Assembly (NCBI RefSeq): GCF_004010195.1
Contig: NC_057719.1
Coordinates: 91,334,767-91,398,766, forward strand
DNA: 64,000 nucleotides
Source: Chiloscyllium plagiosum
Lineage: Eukaryota
Direction of reading: 5' to 3'
The first letter of the stretch is position 1. Each line of letters opens with the position of its first letter. A program made the position numbers and the translations under genes. Of the stretch, positions 25,960 to 40,082 are shown one piece after another. The notes below the pieces were generated by a model. It did not search any database. It saw nothing but the letters and a program-made list of their open reading frames with translations, and had not been told where the DNA came from.

Positions 25960-27390
25960 ATTAGGTGAACGGGCAAACTGTGGTAGATGGAGTTCAACGT
26001 AACTAAGTATGAGGTTGTCAGTTTTGGACTGAGAAAGGGTATATCAGAGTATACTACATGGAATGAAGTTAAACACAGTGGATAGCAACAAAGTCTAATG
26101 GGTTCAGATATAGATCTTTAAAACACCAAGAACAGGTGCACAAAATTATCAAGGAGGCTAATGGAATTCTGGCCTTCATACCTAAAGGACTGGAGTATAA
26201 GAATGCAGAAGTTATGCTGTAGCAATAATAATAATAAAAAAGACACTCTGCTTAGACCCCATTTCGAGTATAGAGCAGATCTGGGCATCACACCTTAGGA
26301 AGGATATGACCTTCGTGAGATTACAACGTAAAATTATACCTGGACTTCAGAGGTTTATTACTGCTTTTATATTCATTAACATGTGGACATCACTGGCTAG
26401 ACCAGCATTTACTGTCCATCCCTAATTGTTAACCACATTACTGTGTATCTGGAGTCACATAAAGGCCAGACCAGGGGAGGATGACAGTTGTTTCCCTACA
26501 GGACATTAGTGAAGCAGAACAACTTTTCCTGACAATCGACAATGGTTTATTGGTCACCATTAGACTCAATTCCAGATTTTTTTTTAAACTAAATTCAAGT
26601 TCCACCAAGTTCCTAGAATATTCATTACCCAGATCTCTGGATTAGTAGTCTAGCGATGATATCACTACCTCCACTACAAGAGGTTAGACAAGTTAGGCCC
26701 GTTTTCCCTCAAATCTAAGGGTGATCTGATCAAAATCTTCCAAATATTAACAGGAAACATCAGAATAAATAAAGATAAGCTACTTTCACTGGTTGGAGAT
26801 TCTAGAACCAGTGAGCACAGTCCAAGAACTAAGACTAGACCATTCGGGAGAGATGTTCAGAAGCACTTCTACACAAAATAGCAGCTGACACTAAAGCACT
26901 TGTGGTTTGAAATCTGAACTAGAGATGTACAGCAAGGAAAAAGACCCTTCAGTCCAACTTGCCCATGCTGTCCAGATATCCTAAATTCATCTAAGCCCAT
27001 TTGCCAACAATTGGTCCAATGCCCCTGAACCCTTCCCTATTCATATACCCATCCAGATGCTTTTTAAATGTTGCAATTGTACCAGCCTTCACCACTTCCT
27101 CTGGCAGCTCATTCCATACACGCACCATCCTCTGTGAAAAAGTTGCCCCTTAGTTCCTTTTTAAATATTCCCCCTATCACCTTAAACCCATGCCTCTAGT
27201 TTTGGACTTCCCAATCTGGGGAAAAAGATCCTATTCATGTCCCTCATGAGATCTTTGCTTAACAAAGTGCATCTAAGAGATATGAGCCAAAGGCTGGTAT
27301 ATGGTGTTAGGCCACAGATCAGCCATGATCTCATTAAATGATGGAACAGGCTTGGACTGGATAGCCTACTCCTGTTCCTGTCTTAATTCC
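25960..27390. mobile_element. Nested old CR1 fragments (plus-strand CR1 interrupted by a SINE-like piece and a minus-strand CR1 3' end at 26920-27245)
   Basis: MEFN..K.EV remnant; CR1 3'UTR shared with 39650-40040 and 42225-42920. Confidence 0.55.
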
Positions 27391-27957
27391 TTGAACACAC
27401 TACCTATCAATTCACATTTTTGTTCCAATTCCATGCTTGAATTCCTCCAGAGATACACCTCTACTTGCAGTCCTTAAAGGATTTAAATGAAAATCCCAAA
27501 TGATATCCTTTGCAAATGTGACAAAAATGAACTCTCCTCCTCATCCGGTCTGCAGTCTTTCACAGGTTTGATCAAGTCATTCTCCCACGAGGAGGTTGAA
27601 CAGTTCATCTACTTCACCAACACCTTCCACCCCGACCTCAAATTCACCTGGACAGTCTCGGACTCCTCTCTCCCCTTCCTCGACCTTTCTATTTCTATCT
27701 CAGGCGACCGAATCAACACGGACATCTACTACAAACCGACTGACTCCCACAGCTACCCGGACTACACCTCCTCCCATCCTGCCCCCTGTAAAAACGCCAT
27801 CCCATTCTCCCAATTCCTTCGTCTCCGCCGCATCTGCTCCCAGGAGGACCAGTCCAAAATACGTACAACACAGATGGCCTCCTTCCTCAAGGACCGCAAT
27901 TTCCCCCCCGAAGTGGTCGACGGTGCCCTCCACCGCATCTCCTCCACTTCCCGCCCC

Positions 27958-28236
27958 NNNNNNNNNNNNNNNNNNNNNNNNNNNNNNNNNNNNNNNNNNN
28001 NNNNNNNNNNNNNNNNNNNNNNNNNNNNNNNNNNNNNNNNNNNNNNNNNNNNNNNNNNNNNNNNNNNNNNNNNNNNNNNNNNNNNNNNNNNNNNNNNNNN
28101 NNNNNNNNNNNNNNNNNNNNNNNNNNNNNNNNNNNNNNNNNNNNNNNNNNNNNNNNNNNNNNNNNNNNNNNNNNNNNNNNNNNNNNNNNNNNNNNNNNNN
28201 NNNNNNNNNNNNNNNNNNNNNNNNNNNNNNNNNNNN
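27958..28236. other. Assembly gap (279 N)
   Basis: Run of n. Confidence 1.
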
Positions 28237-28639
28237 GACCAACCAACCCAACCAGCCTGTGGCTCAATACTTCAACTCCCCCTCCCACTCCACAAAGGAT
28301 ATGCAGATCTTTGGATTCCTCCATCGCCAGACCACAACAAAATGATGGTTGGAGGAAGAGCGCCTCATCTTCCGCCTAGGAACCCTCCAACCACAAGGCA
28401 GGAACGCGGGTTTCACCAGTTTCCTCATTTCCCCTCCCCCCACCTTGTCTCAGTCAAATCCATCGAATTCAGCACCGCCTTCCTAACCTGCAATCTTCTT
28501 CCTGACCTCTCCGCCCCCACCCCAGTCTGACCTATCACCCTCACCTTGACCTCTTTCCACCTATCACATTTCCGACGCCCCTCCCCCAAGTCCCTCCTCC
28601 CTACCTTTTATCTTAGCCTGCTAGACAAACTTTCCTCAT

Positions 28640-28671
28640 TCCTGAAGAAGGGCTTATGCCCGAAACGTCGA
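28640..28671 (+). ncRNA. Minimal hammerhead ribozyme motif (PLE family A)
   Basis: tc CTGAAGA A GGGC-TTAT-GCCC GAAA CGTC ga. Confidence 0.65.
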
Positions 28672-29139
28672 TTCTCCTGTTCCCTGGATGCTGCCTGACC
28701 TGCTGCGCTTTTCCAGCAACACATTTTCAGCTCGTCATTCTCACCTATGACTTTTCCCCTAACATCCAGCTAGTGAAACTGCTCCCTCCTGGTTTCATTC
28801 ATAGCCCGCTCATCATATTCAGAATATTATTTACAATGGCTTCCCTTTCGACTCTTGCACTATTATCTCTATCACCAAGGATAGATGTTTAGCCAACTCC
28901 AATTTCTCATCTACACCTTATAACATCTTCTGAAAGCACATGTATTCTGCAACACCTGCTTCAACCTTACCATTGCCTCTCTGCACTCCTCCACTGTCAC
29001 TAGGTTATCCGACTAACTATTTAAAACACTCAGTTCTAGATGAGCAGAAATTACCTTCAATTAAATACTGGAAAGAATTAAGTCTCTGGTCCCAGTCCCA
29101 AACTCTGAACGTAACTACTACCTTTTTTTCCTGATAACA

Positions 29140-29780
29140 GCCTGAGACTAAAGCTGTTTACAACCTTGCTTCACATTCGATCCCAAGGTGAGCTATCAAC
29201 CTTATATTTATACTATCACAAACCCACTTCCTTGCAACTCCATCCCTGTCTCAGCTCATATGGTACCGAAATTCTCAATCTAACCTCCAGACTCTTATTC
29301 CAACATACTGTTGGTTGGTCTCCCATACTTTACCTTTTTCAAAACTTAGCTCACACAGAACTTCACCTCTTTGTATAAAATTGCACCATGCCATTCCCAA
29401 AACACCCAAGTTTGCCAACTTACACTGACACTCCCCTCCCCCCCCCCCGCCGCCAGTCAAGTAATATCTTGATTTTAAAATTCTCGTTCTTGTTCTCAAA
29501 ACCATCCCTATTCTCGCCTCTATAAATCTTCATCAGCACTATTATCCTCTCAGACATCTGCACTCAGACAATTCTGGCCTCCCGGAGTCTCTGATTTTAA
29601 TTGTACCTCAACTGATTAATGCTCATTCAGCTATCAAGCTCCAAGCCCTGGAATGCCTTTCCTAAACTTTTCCTCCTTTAATACAGGCCATAAAACCTAT
29701 CATCTTTGACCAAGCATTTGGTTAAATTACCTAACACCTCAGCTTTATAATGTTGTTTCATTAAGCTCCTGGGGAACATT
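29140..29780 (+). mobile_element. Old L2-like LINE 3' fragment
   Basis: ttttaaaattctc (FKIL) and ttcagctatcaagctcca..ctggaatgcc (FSYQAP..WNA) remnants. Confidence 0.5.
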
Positions 29781-29994
29781 AGAACAATGGAAAATAGGAA
29801 ATAGCAGAATGACTACAGGTAGATCTCCTATAATGCAATTTGGTTGTTACACGATTTGTGAATTGCAGACTTTTTTCAATAAAGCAAATTTCTGTTCGCT
29901 AAATGCGATTCTATCCCCTGCACTAGCTGAAAAGCAAAACCCAGCCTTAGGATTCTCTGTCTGCAAAACGCCAAGTCTGTGTGCAGCTAAATAC

Positions 29995-30235
29995 ATAGAA
30001 CATTCCCGCGCAGCACAGTCCCTTTGGGCCTCGATGTTGCACCAACCTGTGAAACCAATCTAAATCCCATCTAACATACACTATTACATCATCATCCACA
30101 TGTTTATCCAATGACCATTTAAATGCCCTTAATGTTGGCGAGTTCACTACTGCTACAGGCAGGGCATTCCTTGCCCCTACTAGTCTGAGCAAAGAACCTA
30201 CTTCTGTCCTATATCTATCACCCCTCAATTTAAAA
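29995..30235 (-). mobile_element. CR1 3' end
   Basis: FKLRGDRYRTEV...RNALP; 3'UTR shared with 11199-11460. Confidence 0.8.
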
Positions 30236-31307
30236 CAGGAACGCAATCAGCTCCGCAAGCCTTGAAACACAGCTTGAAATTGGGAATGGTAATCTACATT
30301 TAAAAGGAACTTTATTTCAAACCGGGGGAAGAATCCTGAGGAGGACTGGAATTCCACATCGGGATCACGTTGTCAGATAGCTCATGTGCTTTCTGGTGAA
30401 GAGCTTCATAAAAGGTACAATGCTGTAGTCAGCGATTTTCATGTTAGTGTTAAATTTACTGATTTGAACTTTACTGATAATTTTGGTGGTTCGCACAACC
30501 CTGTTTTTTCCAAAGGCCCCATTATTTATATTGCACTACTTTCTACATCATGGTGTTGCATGGGAACACAACTACCGCATTATGAAGAACTACCTGTTGG
30601 TCATTCAGCCCCTTAAGCCTGTCCCCCCAATCAACAAAATCATGGCTGATCTGCTCAATCATATTTTGTACCAGCTCATCATAGCCCTCAACACTTCAAT
30701 ATTGCAAAAATCAACCTATCTCAAAACAATTTCAGAGATTTAGTCTCCATAACTGTCTAGAGTAGAGAATTCCAGACATTCACCACTCTCTGGGAGAAGA
30801 AATTCCTTCACATTTCAGTTTTAAATGAGTGTTCCCTTATGCCATAACCATATCGCCTAGTTCAAGATTCCCCCACAAGTGGAAACATAAAACCATAGGA
30901 TGTAGGAGCAGAAGCAAGAGGCCATTCAATCCATTGAGTCTGCTCCACCATTCAATGAGATCATGGCTGATCTGAATCCTCAATTCCACATTCCTATCTT
31001 TTCCTCATAACCCTCAATTCTCCTACTGATGAAAAGTCTGTCTATCTCAGCCTTGGATATATTTATTGAGCAACCTTAACAGCCCTTTATGGTATTTCAC
31101 TACCATCAGAGAAAAATCCTCATCGGTTTTTAAATTGGCAATGGCTTAATCTGAGATTATGCCCTCTCATCCAAGACTCTATCACAAGGGGAAAGAACTA
31201 CTCCATATCACAACAGCACTGGAATACCTTATTACACTAAAGGCATTATACAAGTTGTTGTTGCAACCAGTTATATAAAATACAGATCCATAATATACAG
31301 GGAAATC

Positions 31308-31995
31308 TGTTTAGCTCAATTGGCTGGATTATTGGTTTACAGAGCAGTGTAATGCCAACAGCATGGGTTCAATTCCCTTCATCAGTTTCAGGTTACCAAG
31401 AATTCTCCTTCTCAACCTCTTCCCTTGCCTGAGGTCTGGGGCCCCCAGGTTAAATCACCACCAGTCGCTTCTCTCTAATGAGAGTGAGAATGTATATTGG
31501 GTATGAGCAGGTAGGGAAAGAGTTAAGTTTTGAGTTTTACAAAACAGGAGGTTCAGCTGAGCATGACTCAGATCAGATAAGAACTTCCAGTTAACAATGG
31601 GGTGCTGGAGGCAAGGGTTTTGGGTTAACAAGATAGAAAAGCATTCATTACATAGAGCCATTTAACGACATTAGAAGCAGTCAGTATGTAAGGTCAGTTT
31701 AACAAGGTGAAAAATATTCATTGTGAAGCCAGTTAAGATTAAGAACATTCACTGTTTAACAGCAGATGGCTTAATCTTTACTGCTGATGCTCGCTGATTG
31801 TAACAGTCACGCAACCAATATGTATGTTGCCTTACCTGGATGCTCCTCCCTGTAAAATGACTACATAATTCATCAAGAAACTGCTATTCCAGAGAAGACC
31901 GGGAACCCATGTCCCTTTGCACATGGGGGAGGGGGGGGGGCGAAGAGGACGAGAAGAGAGCAGCCCTTGTGGTCTGATAAGACTATGGCAATGCA
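31308..31995 (+). mobile_element. tRNA-headed SINE split by an insert of about 470 bp (31485-31955)
   Basis: A-box tagctcaattgg and B-box ggttcaattcc. The body ends at ctaatgagag and resumes as gagagcagccc...gactatggc; gagag is duplicated. Confidence 0.45.
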
Positions 31996-32590
31996 AAAAC
32001 AGCAACAAAACATAATCTACAGAAGGAACTGGTTATTTGGTGCTTCAAGGCAACTTCATCATTCAATAAGATCATAGATGTTGTCCTACCACAATTGTGC
32101 CTTCTGCATTGTAATTATGCCCCTCGATCCCTTATTATCTACAAACCTAAAGATGGCTGAATTGAATACAATTGACGGTTGACCATCCATAGCTCTCTGG
32201 AGTGGAGAAAACCAAAGCTTCACAGCCATTTCAGTGAAAACATTTCTCCTTTACTCAGTTCTACATGGCTGAGCTCTGAATCAGAGACTGCGATTTCCTC
32301 GTGCTATAATCCTAGACAGAAAAATATCCTCAAAGCATTACCTCATCAAGCCAGAAAATAGTTTACAAGTGCTGGAGAAACTCAGCAGACCTGGCAGCAT
32401 CTGTAGAGAGAAACAGAGTTAGAACATTACAGCACAGTACAGGCTCTTCGGCCCTCAATGTTGCGCCAACCTGTGGAACCAATCTGAAGTCTACTCCATT
32501 TTCATTCATGTGTTTATCCAATGACCACTACTGTTGCCAGCAGTGCATACCATGCCCCTACTACTCTGAGTAAAGAAACTACCTCTGACA

Positions 32591-32790
32591 TCTGGATCAG
32601 TGGTGCTGGAAGAGCACAGCAATTCAGGCAGCATCCGAGGACAGGCAAAATCGACGTTTCGGGCAAAAGCCCTTCATCAGGAACCCGAAACGTCGATTTT
32701 GCCTGTCCTCGGATGCTGCCTGAATTGCTGTGCTCTTCCAGCACCACTGATCCAGAATCTGGTTTCCAGCATCTGCAGTCATTGTTTTTA
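32591..32790. mobile_element. Young fold-back PLE-terminus insertion: perfect 73-bp inverted repeat, 15-bp TSD
   Basis: Arms 32591-32663 and 32684-32756 are exact reverse complements. tacctctgacatctg occurs at 32580-32594 and 32789-32803. Confidence 0.9.
32651..32682 (-). ncRNA. Minimal hammerhead ribozyme motif, sense to the TTBK2 pre-mRNA
   Basis: Minus: tc CTGATGA A GGGC-TTTT-GCCC GAAA CGTC ga. Confidence 0.65.
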
Positions 32791-35700
32791 CCTCTGACAT
32801 CTGTCCTATATCTATCACCCCTCAATGTCCCCTCATGCTAGCCATCACCATCCGAGGAAAAAAGCTATCACCGTCCACCTATCTAATCCTTTCAACCTCC
32901 TCCTCTCCAATGAAAACAGCCTCAGTTCCCTCAGCCTTTCCTCATAAGACCTTCCTTCCATACCAGGCAACATCCTAGAAAAACTCCTCTGAACCCTTTA
33001 CAAAGCATCCACATCCTTCCTATAATGCAGTGACCAGAGCTGCATGCAACACTCCAAGTGTAGCCGCAGAGTTTTGTACAGCTGCAGCATGACCTCGTTG
33101 CTCCAAAACTCAATCCCTCTACGATAAAAGCTAACACACTGTATGCCCTCGTAACAACCCTATCAACCTGGGTGTCAACTTTCAGGGATTCATGTACATG
33201 GACACGGAGATCTCTCTGCTCGTCTACACTACCAAGAATCTTACCATTAACCCAGTACTCTGCATTCCTGTTACTCCTTCTATAGTGAATCACCTCACAC
33301 TTTTCTGCATTAAACTCCATTTGCCACTTCTCAGCCCAGCTCTACAGCTTATCTATGTCCCTCTGTAACCTGCAACATCCTTCAGCACTATCCACAACTC
33401 CACCGACCTTAGTGTCCATCCAAATTTACTAACCCATTCTCTACACCCTCATCCGGGTCATTTACAAAAATGACAAACAACAGTGGCCCCAAAACAAATC
33501 CTTGTAGTACACCACTAGTAACTGAATTCCAGATGAACATTTCCCATCAAGCATCACCCTCTCTTCTTTCAGCTCGCCAATCTCTGATCCAAACTGCTAA
33601 ATCACCCACAACCCCATGCCTCCGTATTTTGTGCAATAGCCTACCACAGGGAACCTTACACCAAGCACCTTACTTGAAATCCACATACACCACATCAACT
33701 GCTTTACCCTCATCTACCTGTTTGAGTTCTTTCAGATGGTAACCAATCAGGTTTGAGAGGCACAACCTACCCTTCAGAAAACCACGTTGACTATCCCTAA
33801 TCAACTTATTCTTTTCGAGATGATTATATACCCTATCTGTTGTAACCTTTACCAACACTTTACCCAAAACTGAAGTAAGGCTCACTGGTCTAGAATTACC
33901 TCTACTCCCCTTCTTGAAGGGGGAAACATTTGCTATCCTCCAGTCTTCTGGCACTATTCTGTAGACGATGATGACATAAAAGACCAAAGCCAAAGGCTCT
34001 GCAATCTCCTCTCTGGCTTCCCAGAGAATCCTAGGATATATCCCATCTGACACAGGGGTCTTAGCAATTCTGGAGTGTGAAAACTGATAACGCCTCCTCA
34101 TTGTGAATCTCAATCCCATCTGTTCCAACAGCCTGTATCTCAGTACTCTCCTTGCCAACATTGCCTTTTCCCAGTGTGAATACTGATGAAAAATATTCAT
34201 TTAGTGCTTCTCCTATCTCCTGACTCCATATACAAATTCCACTACTATCTGAAATTGGCCCAGATCTTACCCTAGTCATTCTTTTATTCCTGATAAACCT
34301 ATAGAAAGCTTTAGGGTTTCCCTTGATCCTATCTGACAATCTGCCAAGTTGATGTTCTGATGAAGGGTCACTAGACTTGAAATATTATATGTATTTTTAG
34401 TTCCAGCAACCACAGTTGCTTGCTATTATTTTAGCCAAAAATTGTTTATTTCAATTCGACAAGATCAACTCACTCAGCAATAAATTCCAGGGAATATCAG
34501 CTTGGTTTTCTCAATTTCCCTTCATACATCAATCTCCTTGCCAAGAAACAGTCCAGTCAACTGTTACTGCAATCCCTTCTTAGGCAAGTTGCTTCCTTAG
34601 ATAATGAGATCGTAACCCCCGCTGTGGTATCATCAAAGCTTTATTCAATTGGCGCAAAGCTTCTTTATTTATATATTCTAATCCCTTTGCAATGAAGGTG
34701 AACATGCCATTAGCTTTTCTAATTGTTTGTTGTGTCTGCATGTTAATTTTCTGGAGCGCGTATCTAAGTACACATAAAACCATTGATATTCAGAGAGTTC
34801 TATTTCTCAAAGTTTAAAGAAATACTTTTTCCTAACAAATGGAAAACTTAACATTACTCCACATTATATTCCATTTGCCTAATTCTTGCCCACTATTTAT
34901 CCTCAATGTGTGCTATTATTCAAATCTATGCCCTGTAATTTTGTATCATAAACATGTGCACCCTCAGGACATTCCCTGCAGGGAGACTACATTCCAACCA
35001 ATTTCTTTGTATTACTTCCCAATTTGCCATAAATGTTTCTCTGTATACAAATTGTGGAATCAACATGTGGTGTTTTATACACAGAACAAGGAATAAAATG
35101 TCTTTAAAATGATAAATTACATCTGCACAACTTAGTCCAATTTACCCTCATCATCTAACCCTATTTCATAAGAAGCGTACTTTCGACTTGCTATCTTCTG
35201 TGCAATGCCAGGGGAAAACAAATAGTAGCTTCACAAAGATATAATTATTTAAAGTACTCTGTTGCTGTGGGAACTCAGTTCCTACACTATCAGCCTGTCA
35301 ATATAAGCCAACCAACTAAAACATCATCTGTCCTTTGTGAATCATACAACAATAAGGGTTAAGGTATCAACACACATTTAACACAACCTTGTAAAATGGA
35401 GGCTATGCATATAAAGTTGACAGGACAAGAAGTTAAAATAGAGTTTAAAACACTACAAAAGGGAAGATCCTGTAATTTTTCCACCTTGACAATGCTCTTC
35501 CACCCACTGAATGTGATGACTTCCTTCTCAGGGTGCCGTTCCACAGGCATCCAGTGCTTCACCAGGGTGGCCATTATTCAGCTGTGAGCTTTGGCTGCGT
35601 TAGCAAGCTATTCAGCTGCAGAGGTATCACAGACAAGCTTGATTATGTCCTCACCCGATGTGCAAACATACACAGCCAGCATAAATTGTTGGACAGCCAA

Positions 35701-38700
35701 GGGACCAGTATACCTAGATGATTTTCCTAAACCAGGGCCACTGGCAGTACTTGTGCGTCCCTAAAAACATCTCAACTAAAAATCAGATAACTTAGGATTT
35801 GTAGGTATGGGGCTCAGCTACTCAATAAATAAATTCATTTCAACCATATTGAAATCCTCAACATATTGCAGCTCATCAACTATGCTTTGCATGACACTTC
35901 CTAAAAGGTTAACAGTCAGGGGAAATTGAAATCTATGCAAGTGTCAGCAAAATCCTTCAAGGAAGTTTTAACGAGAGCTTTAGGAATACCCACAGGATTT
36001 GCAGGCATTTTATCCACCTGCTCATTACTAAAGAGCCCTGTGAACACCGATTCTGTTCTAGTGTAAACAGGATTCTTTAATTCAAGAAGAGTCAAATCTC
36101 TTAAGATGCACCTACTCATTGATTCACTTGAAATAATAATAATAATAATAGTAATAATATCAACTGTTAAGAGTCATGCAAACAAAACAGTGACTAAAAA
36201 TCACTCCAGTTTCAAACAATTTACAGCAATGATCAACAGATGAAACATACAATTTCATTTTAATTTCTAATGCACAAAGAGGACAAGAAGCTATTAACAA
36301 TTTTACTTGAATCAATAAACCCAAAAGTAAATTTCAAAATGGCAACAATAAGTTCATAAAAATTTTGAATGAAGCATTATGCAGCTAATTCGCTCTAGGA
36401 AGGATATAGAATCTTTCAAAACAATACTACACAGATTGCAGCTTGCTATGAGGAAAATACTCAAAGTTTGACACTTTTTTAAAAAATCAGAACATGTTGT
36501 GGAGATCCTTTAATAAAACTGGCTAATATTGTGAAATTAAGGGAGGGTAGAGAAAGATGATAGTGTTAGTACAGCCATGGAAAGAGGAATAAGACGCCAC
36601 AGATAACGGATTCAATGAAATACATTTAGAATAGAGATCAGAAGGTACATATTTGGACTAAACTATGGGACTATGAAATTTAATTTTCAGGGTTGGGACA
36701 TGGGTGAGTAATGCGATAGAGAACACCCCTGATAACATTTATTGAGCCTAAGTCAGTGGGTAAGAGTTGGAACAACTTTTCGGACTGAATAGAATGGCCT
36801 GCTTCAGGGCTAAAATATCAATTTCAATGTGATTGTTTATTTATAAACAAACATACACGGTGATGTTTGAGTAAAGGTGTTCTTATCACTAACCAGAAGT
36901 GCATTGCTACTTCTGCAAACAAATCTAAAAATCAGGTTGAACAGAACTTGATCAGGCACTGTAACAAAAACATAAACTGTTATTGAAAACTTATAAAAGG
37001 ATGAACAGGAACTCACTAAATCAAGATAACATGGGGGTGACAATGCATTCAAGCCCCTGCATTACCTATTAGTCTCAAAAGATCCCTACCATGCCTGTGA
37101 AATATGCATGCTCCCTCTCAATGAACACTTCAGCATAACCTCAAAGGAGGGGCAGGTAAATGGGCATAATGACCCCTACATGGTCCACTGTCTGTTAATG
37201 GCCACTTTGGCCAAACACAGGATCAGGCTAACAGGCACCCATAGGCACCCAGTTCCTTTAGCAAATGGCCATTCTTTGTTAGAAAGACATCATTTGTTTC
37301 TAGTTCTGTTTTGACTATAAAAGCGAAAAAGCACAGCACAGTATGATCCTTGCTAGACAAACAAATATTTGCATTTCAGTAATATTTGCTGGATGATTTC
37401 TTAAGAATTCCCCAATTAATTTAAAGGGCTATAGTTTTACTGTCTTCTCTAAATTAGTTGAAACTAAATCTGTAAAACCACCACGTTAGCTTCAAAGAAA
37501 TGCAGGATAAAATGGATGGCAGATAAAATGCTGTCAAAGTTCAGAAAGAGCTTACTTAAGGAACAGCGGTGCACTTTGCCAGCAAAAATAAGACATCTTT
37601 CTAAAGGGATCTTGGGTTGAGTGGCAGTTTCCCTACCTCTGAACCAGGAGACCCGGGTTCATGTCCAAGTGGCTCCAGACACATGCAATAGCATCTTTGA
37701 AAAAATCAAGACACAGCTTTCAAGCTCAAACGTCCCGTCAGTGGGAAAATTCAGACAAATTTTAATAGGTGCCAGAGTGACTACAGAGGCAGAGGAGTTT
37801 GAACATCTGGTGGTCATGGTCTATCTTAGTACGAATGACTTAGACAGATCTCAGATCCTACTGGAAGGATTTGGAAGGACCAGATGAGATGTATCCAAGG
37901 ATGCCGATTGAAAGCAAGGGTGGAAACTGCAATTATAGTGGCCATAGCCATACAAACCTTCCTGGACACCAAGGACCCAAGAATTGTTAATATTACATTT
38001 TTGCTGAAGAAAAATGTTAAAAGATAAACCCAACAATAACAAACTGATAAATTTCCTGGTGGGAAAGCTTTTAGAAATAATACCCAAGAGCAAAATGAAT
38101 AGTCATATTGCCAATTAACTAAGGAGAAAGCTTGCACATTGGCAAATTATGTTTAAGTATCATGAATGAGCTAAGAGAGATAACATGGCTAATATGGTTG
38201 GTGTGGTGTACAGACTTCCAAAAGGACATTTGATCAATTGTTACATAATAGGTTAGCTACTAAAGTTGACAACATTGAAGCCCATGCAATAAAATGGACT
38301 GGGGCAGCGTGATATAAAGTGACTGAGTTATGGTCAAGAAAACTAAGATTACTTTTCTCCTTGGAGAAAGTTATACAGGGTTCCCAATGATCACATTACT
38401 GTTTTTGGAACAGAAAGACCTGAGGATATAAATACACAAATGACTAAACGTGGTAGGGCAGGTTACGAAAGTGGTTAAAAAAAAGGATATATAATCTGGA
38501 TTTTAAAAATAGAGGCTTTGAACATAAAAGCAAGGAAGTTAGAAGACACCAATTTCATTTCAGCTAGAATAGCATGGCCAAATCTGTAAACCACAGTTTG
38601 GACAAGGTTTAGAAAACATTTATGAGAATGGGTCCAAGGTCATGGGACATTAGCTATGTGGACAGATTGGGTTAACTGGAGTCAGCTTCCTCAATAAAGG

Positions 38701-39649
38701 ATGGATAGAGGAAATTTGACAGGTGCCCAAGTCATGAGTTGACTAGATAGAATAAAACAGGAAAATATCATAACTGTTAGATGGGTCAAAACCAGAAGAC
38801 AATGATTTAAAACAAAACGAACCAAAAGCAAACAAATGACTCAAGGTACAACGTTTGTACGTTGCAACATTGGTTAGAAACTGGATTGGATAGATTCAAT
38901 TGTGGTTCAATAGAAAAGTGAAGAAGAACTTGTAGAGAGAAGATTTGCAAGGCTGTGGGGAAAGGATAAGGATGTGGGACTAATAGAATTAATCCGGAGA
39001 GAGCTAGCAAGGACACTGCAAGGCTAAATGCTGCCTTCCTTCACTGAAACCATTCTATGATTCTATAGCTGCCACTTACCAAATGGGTAGAAATGCAAGT
39101 TAAGACAGTCAACTTGAATTAATCTTAGGTATCTTTTATCCTAAATTCATTCATGAGACGAGGACATCACTGGTTCGGCCAGCATTTATTGCCCATCTCT
39201 AATTGTCCAAAGGGCAGTTAAGAGTCAACCACATTGCTGTTGGTCTGTAGTCTAGGCCTGTCCAAAAAGCACCCTGTAAGCCAAGACTCCTATATGACTT
39301 GCTAGCTGTGTTTCAAATACAGGTAGGCGCACACCAGAGATTCTGCAACAAGACGTTCCTCCAGTTAGACGAGAAAAGGGAAGAACATGTTTGCAGGCAG
39401 ATGTAAGGGGAGGGCACAAGCATGAGTGGATAGAGGGAGAAGGCACACGTGCAAGGAAGTGGGGGGTGCACCTGAAAGCAAGAGGCAGCAAGAACACAGT
39501 AACAAGCAAGGTCACAGTTGTGGGGTAGCATATGGCAAGGCAGTTGTATGCACAAAGAAAGTGGAGCATGTCGAAGCACGACAATGTGAGCAGCAGAGCA
39601 ACCAGGACCGTGTCATGAAGGATAAGAGGGAGTAATATATAGCGCGGCA

Positions 39650-40045
39650 CAAAAATAGACCCTTCAGTCCAACTCTTCCATGCCGACAGATATCCCAACC
39701 CAATCTAGTCCCACCTGCCAGCACCTGGCCCATATCCCTCCAAACCCTTCCTATTCATATACCCACCTCGATGTTTTTAAATGCTGCAATTGTATTAGCC
39801 TCCACCAATTCCTCCAGCAGCTAATTCCACACACGCACCACCCTCTGTGAGAAAAAGTTGCCCCTTAGGTCTCTTTTATATCTTTCCCCTCTCACCCTAA
39901 ACCTATGTCCTTTAGTTCTGGTCTCTCCCACCTCAGGGAAGAGATTTTGCCTATTTATCCTATCCATGTCCTTATGATTTTATAAAGCCTCCGACCTCCA
40001 GGGAAAACAGCCGTGGCCTATTCAAACCTCTCCCTATAACTCAAA
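39650..40045 (-). mobile_element. CR1 3' end
   Basis: Same 3'UTR as the 47-49 kb CR1. Confidence 0.8.
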
Positions 40046-40082
40046 TAAAAGAAAGCTGTTGGAATAAGAACAATAATCGTTC

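Larger units (their letters stand above)
27585..28733 (+). mobile_element. 5'-truncated Penelope-like element (RT C-terminus, GIY-YIG C-terminus, pLTR with hammerhead), spanning an assembly gap
   Basis: FHPDLKFTW...LPFLDLSI...IYYKPTDSHSY..YTSSHP..CKNAIPFSQFLRLRRICS; QPVAQYFNSPSHS. TSD gtcattctc at 27576-27584 and 28734-28742. CpGs are retained, suggesting a young copy. Confidence 0.9.
32420..34340 (-). mobile_element. CR1 LINE, about 1.7 kb plus an insertion
   Basis: IKGNPKAFY, DGIYPRILWEAREEIAEPL, VPEDWRIANV, VDVVYVDF and MEFNAEKCEV. Confidence 0.9.

Noticed and set aside
27487..28530. 347-aa ORF as an intact gene
   Set aside because: It is a truncated PLE read through an N-gap, and the ATG comes from flanking DNA outside the TSD.
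32591..32756. CRISPR-like repeat or a conserved miRNA gene
   Set aside because: Eukaryotic context with no repeat-spacer array; the arms are PLE terminal sequence bounded by a TSD.
39259..39651. Possible solo LTR (TGT...ACA ends)
   Set aside because: No TSD and no clear poly(A) signal; support too weak to call.
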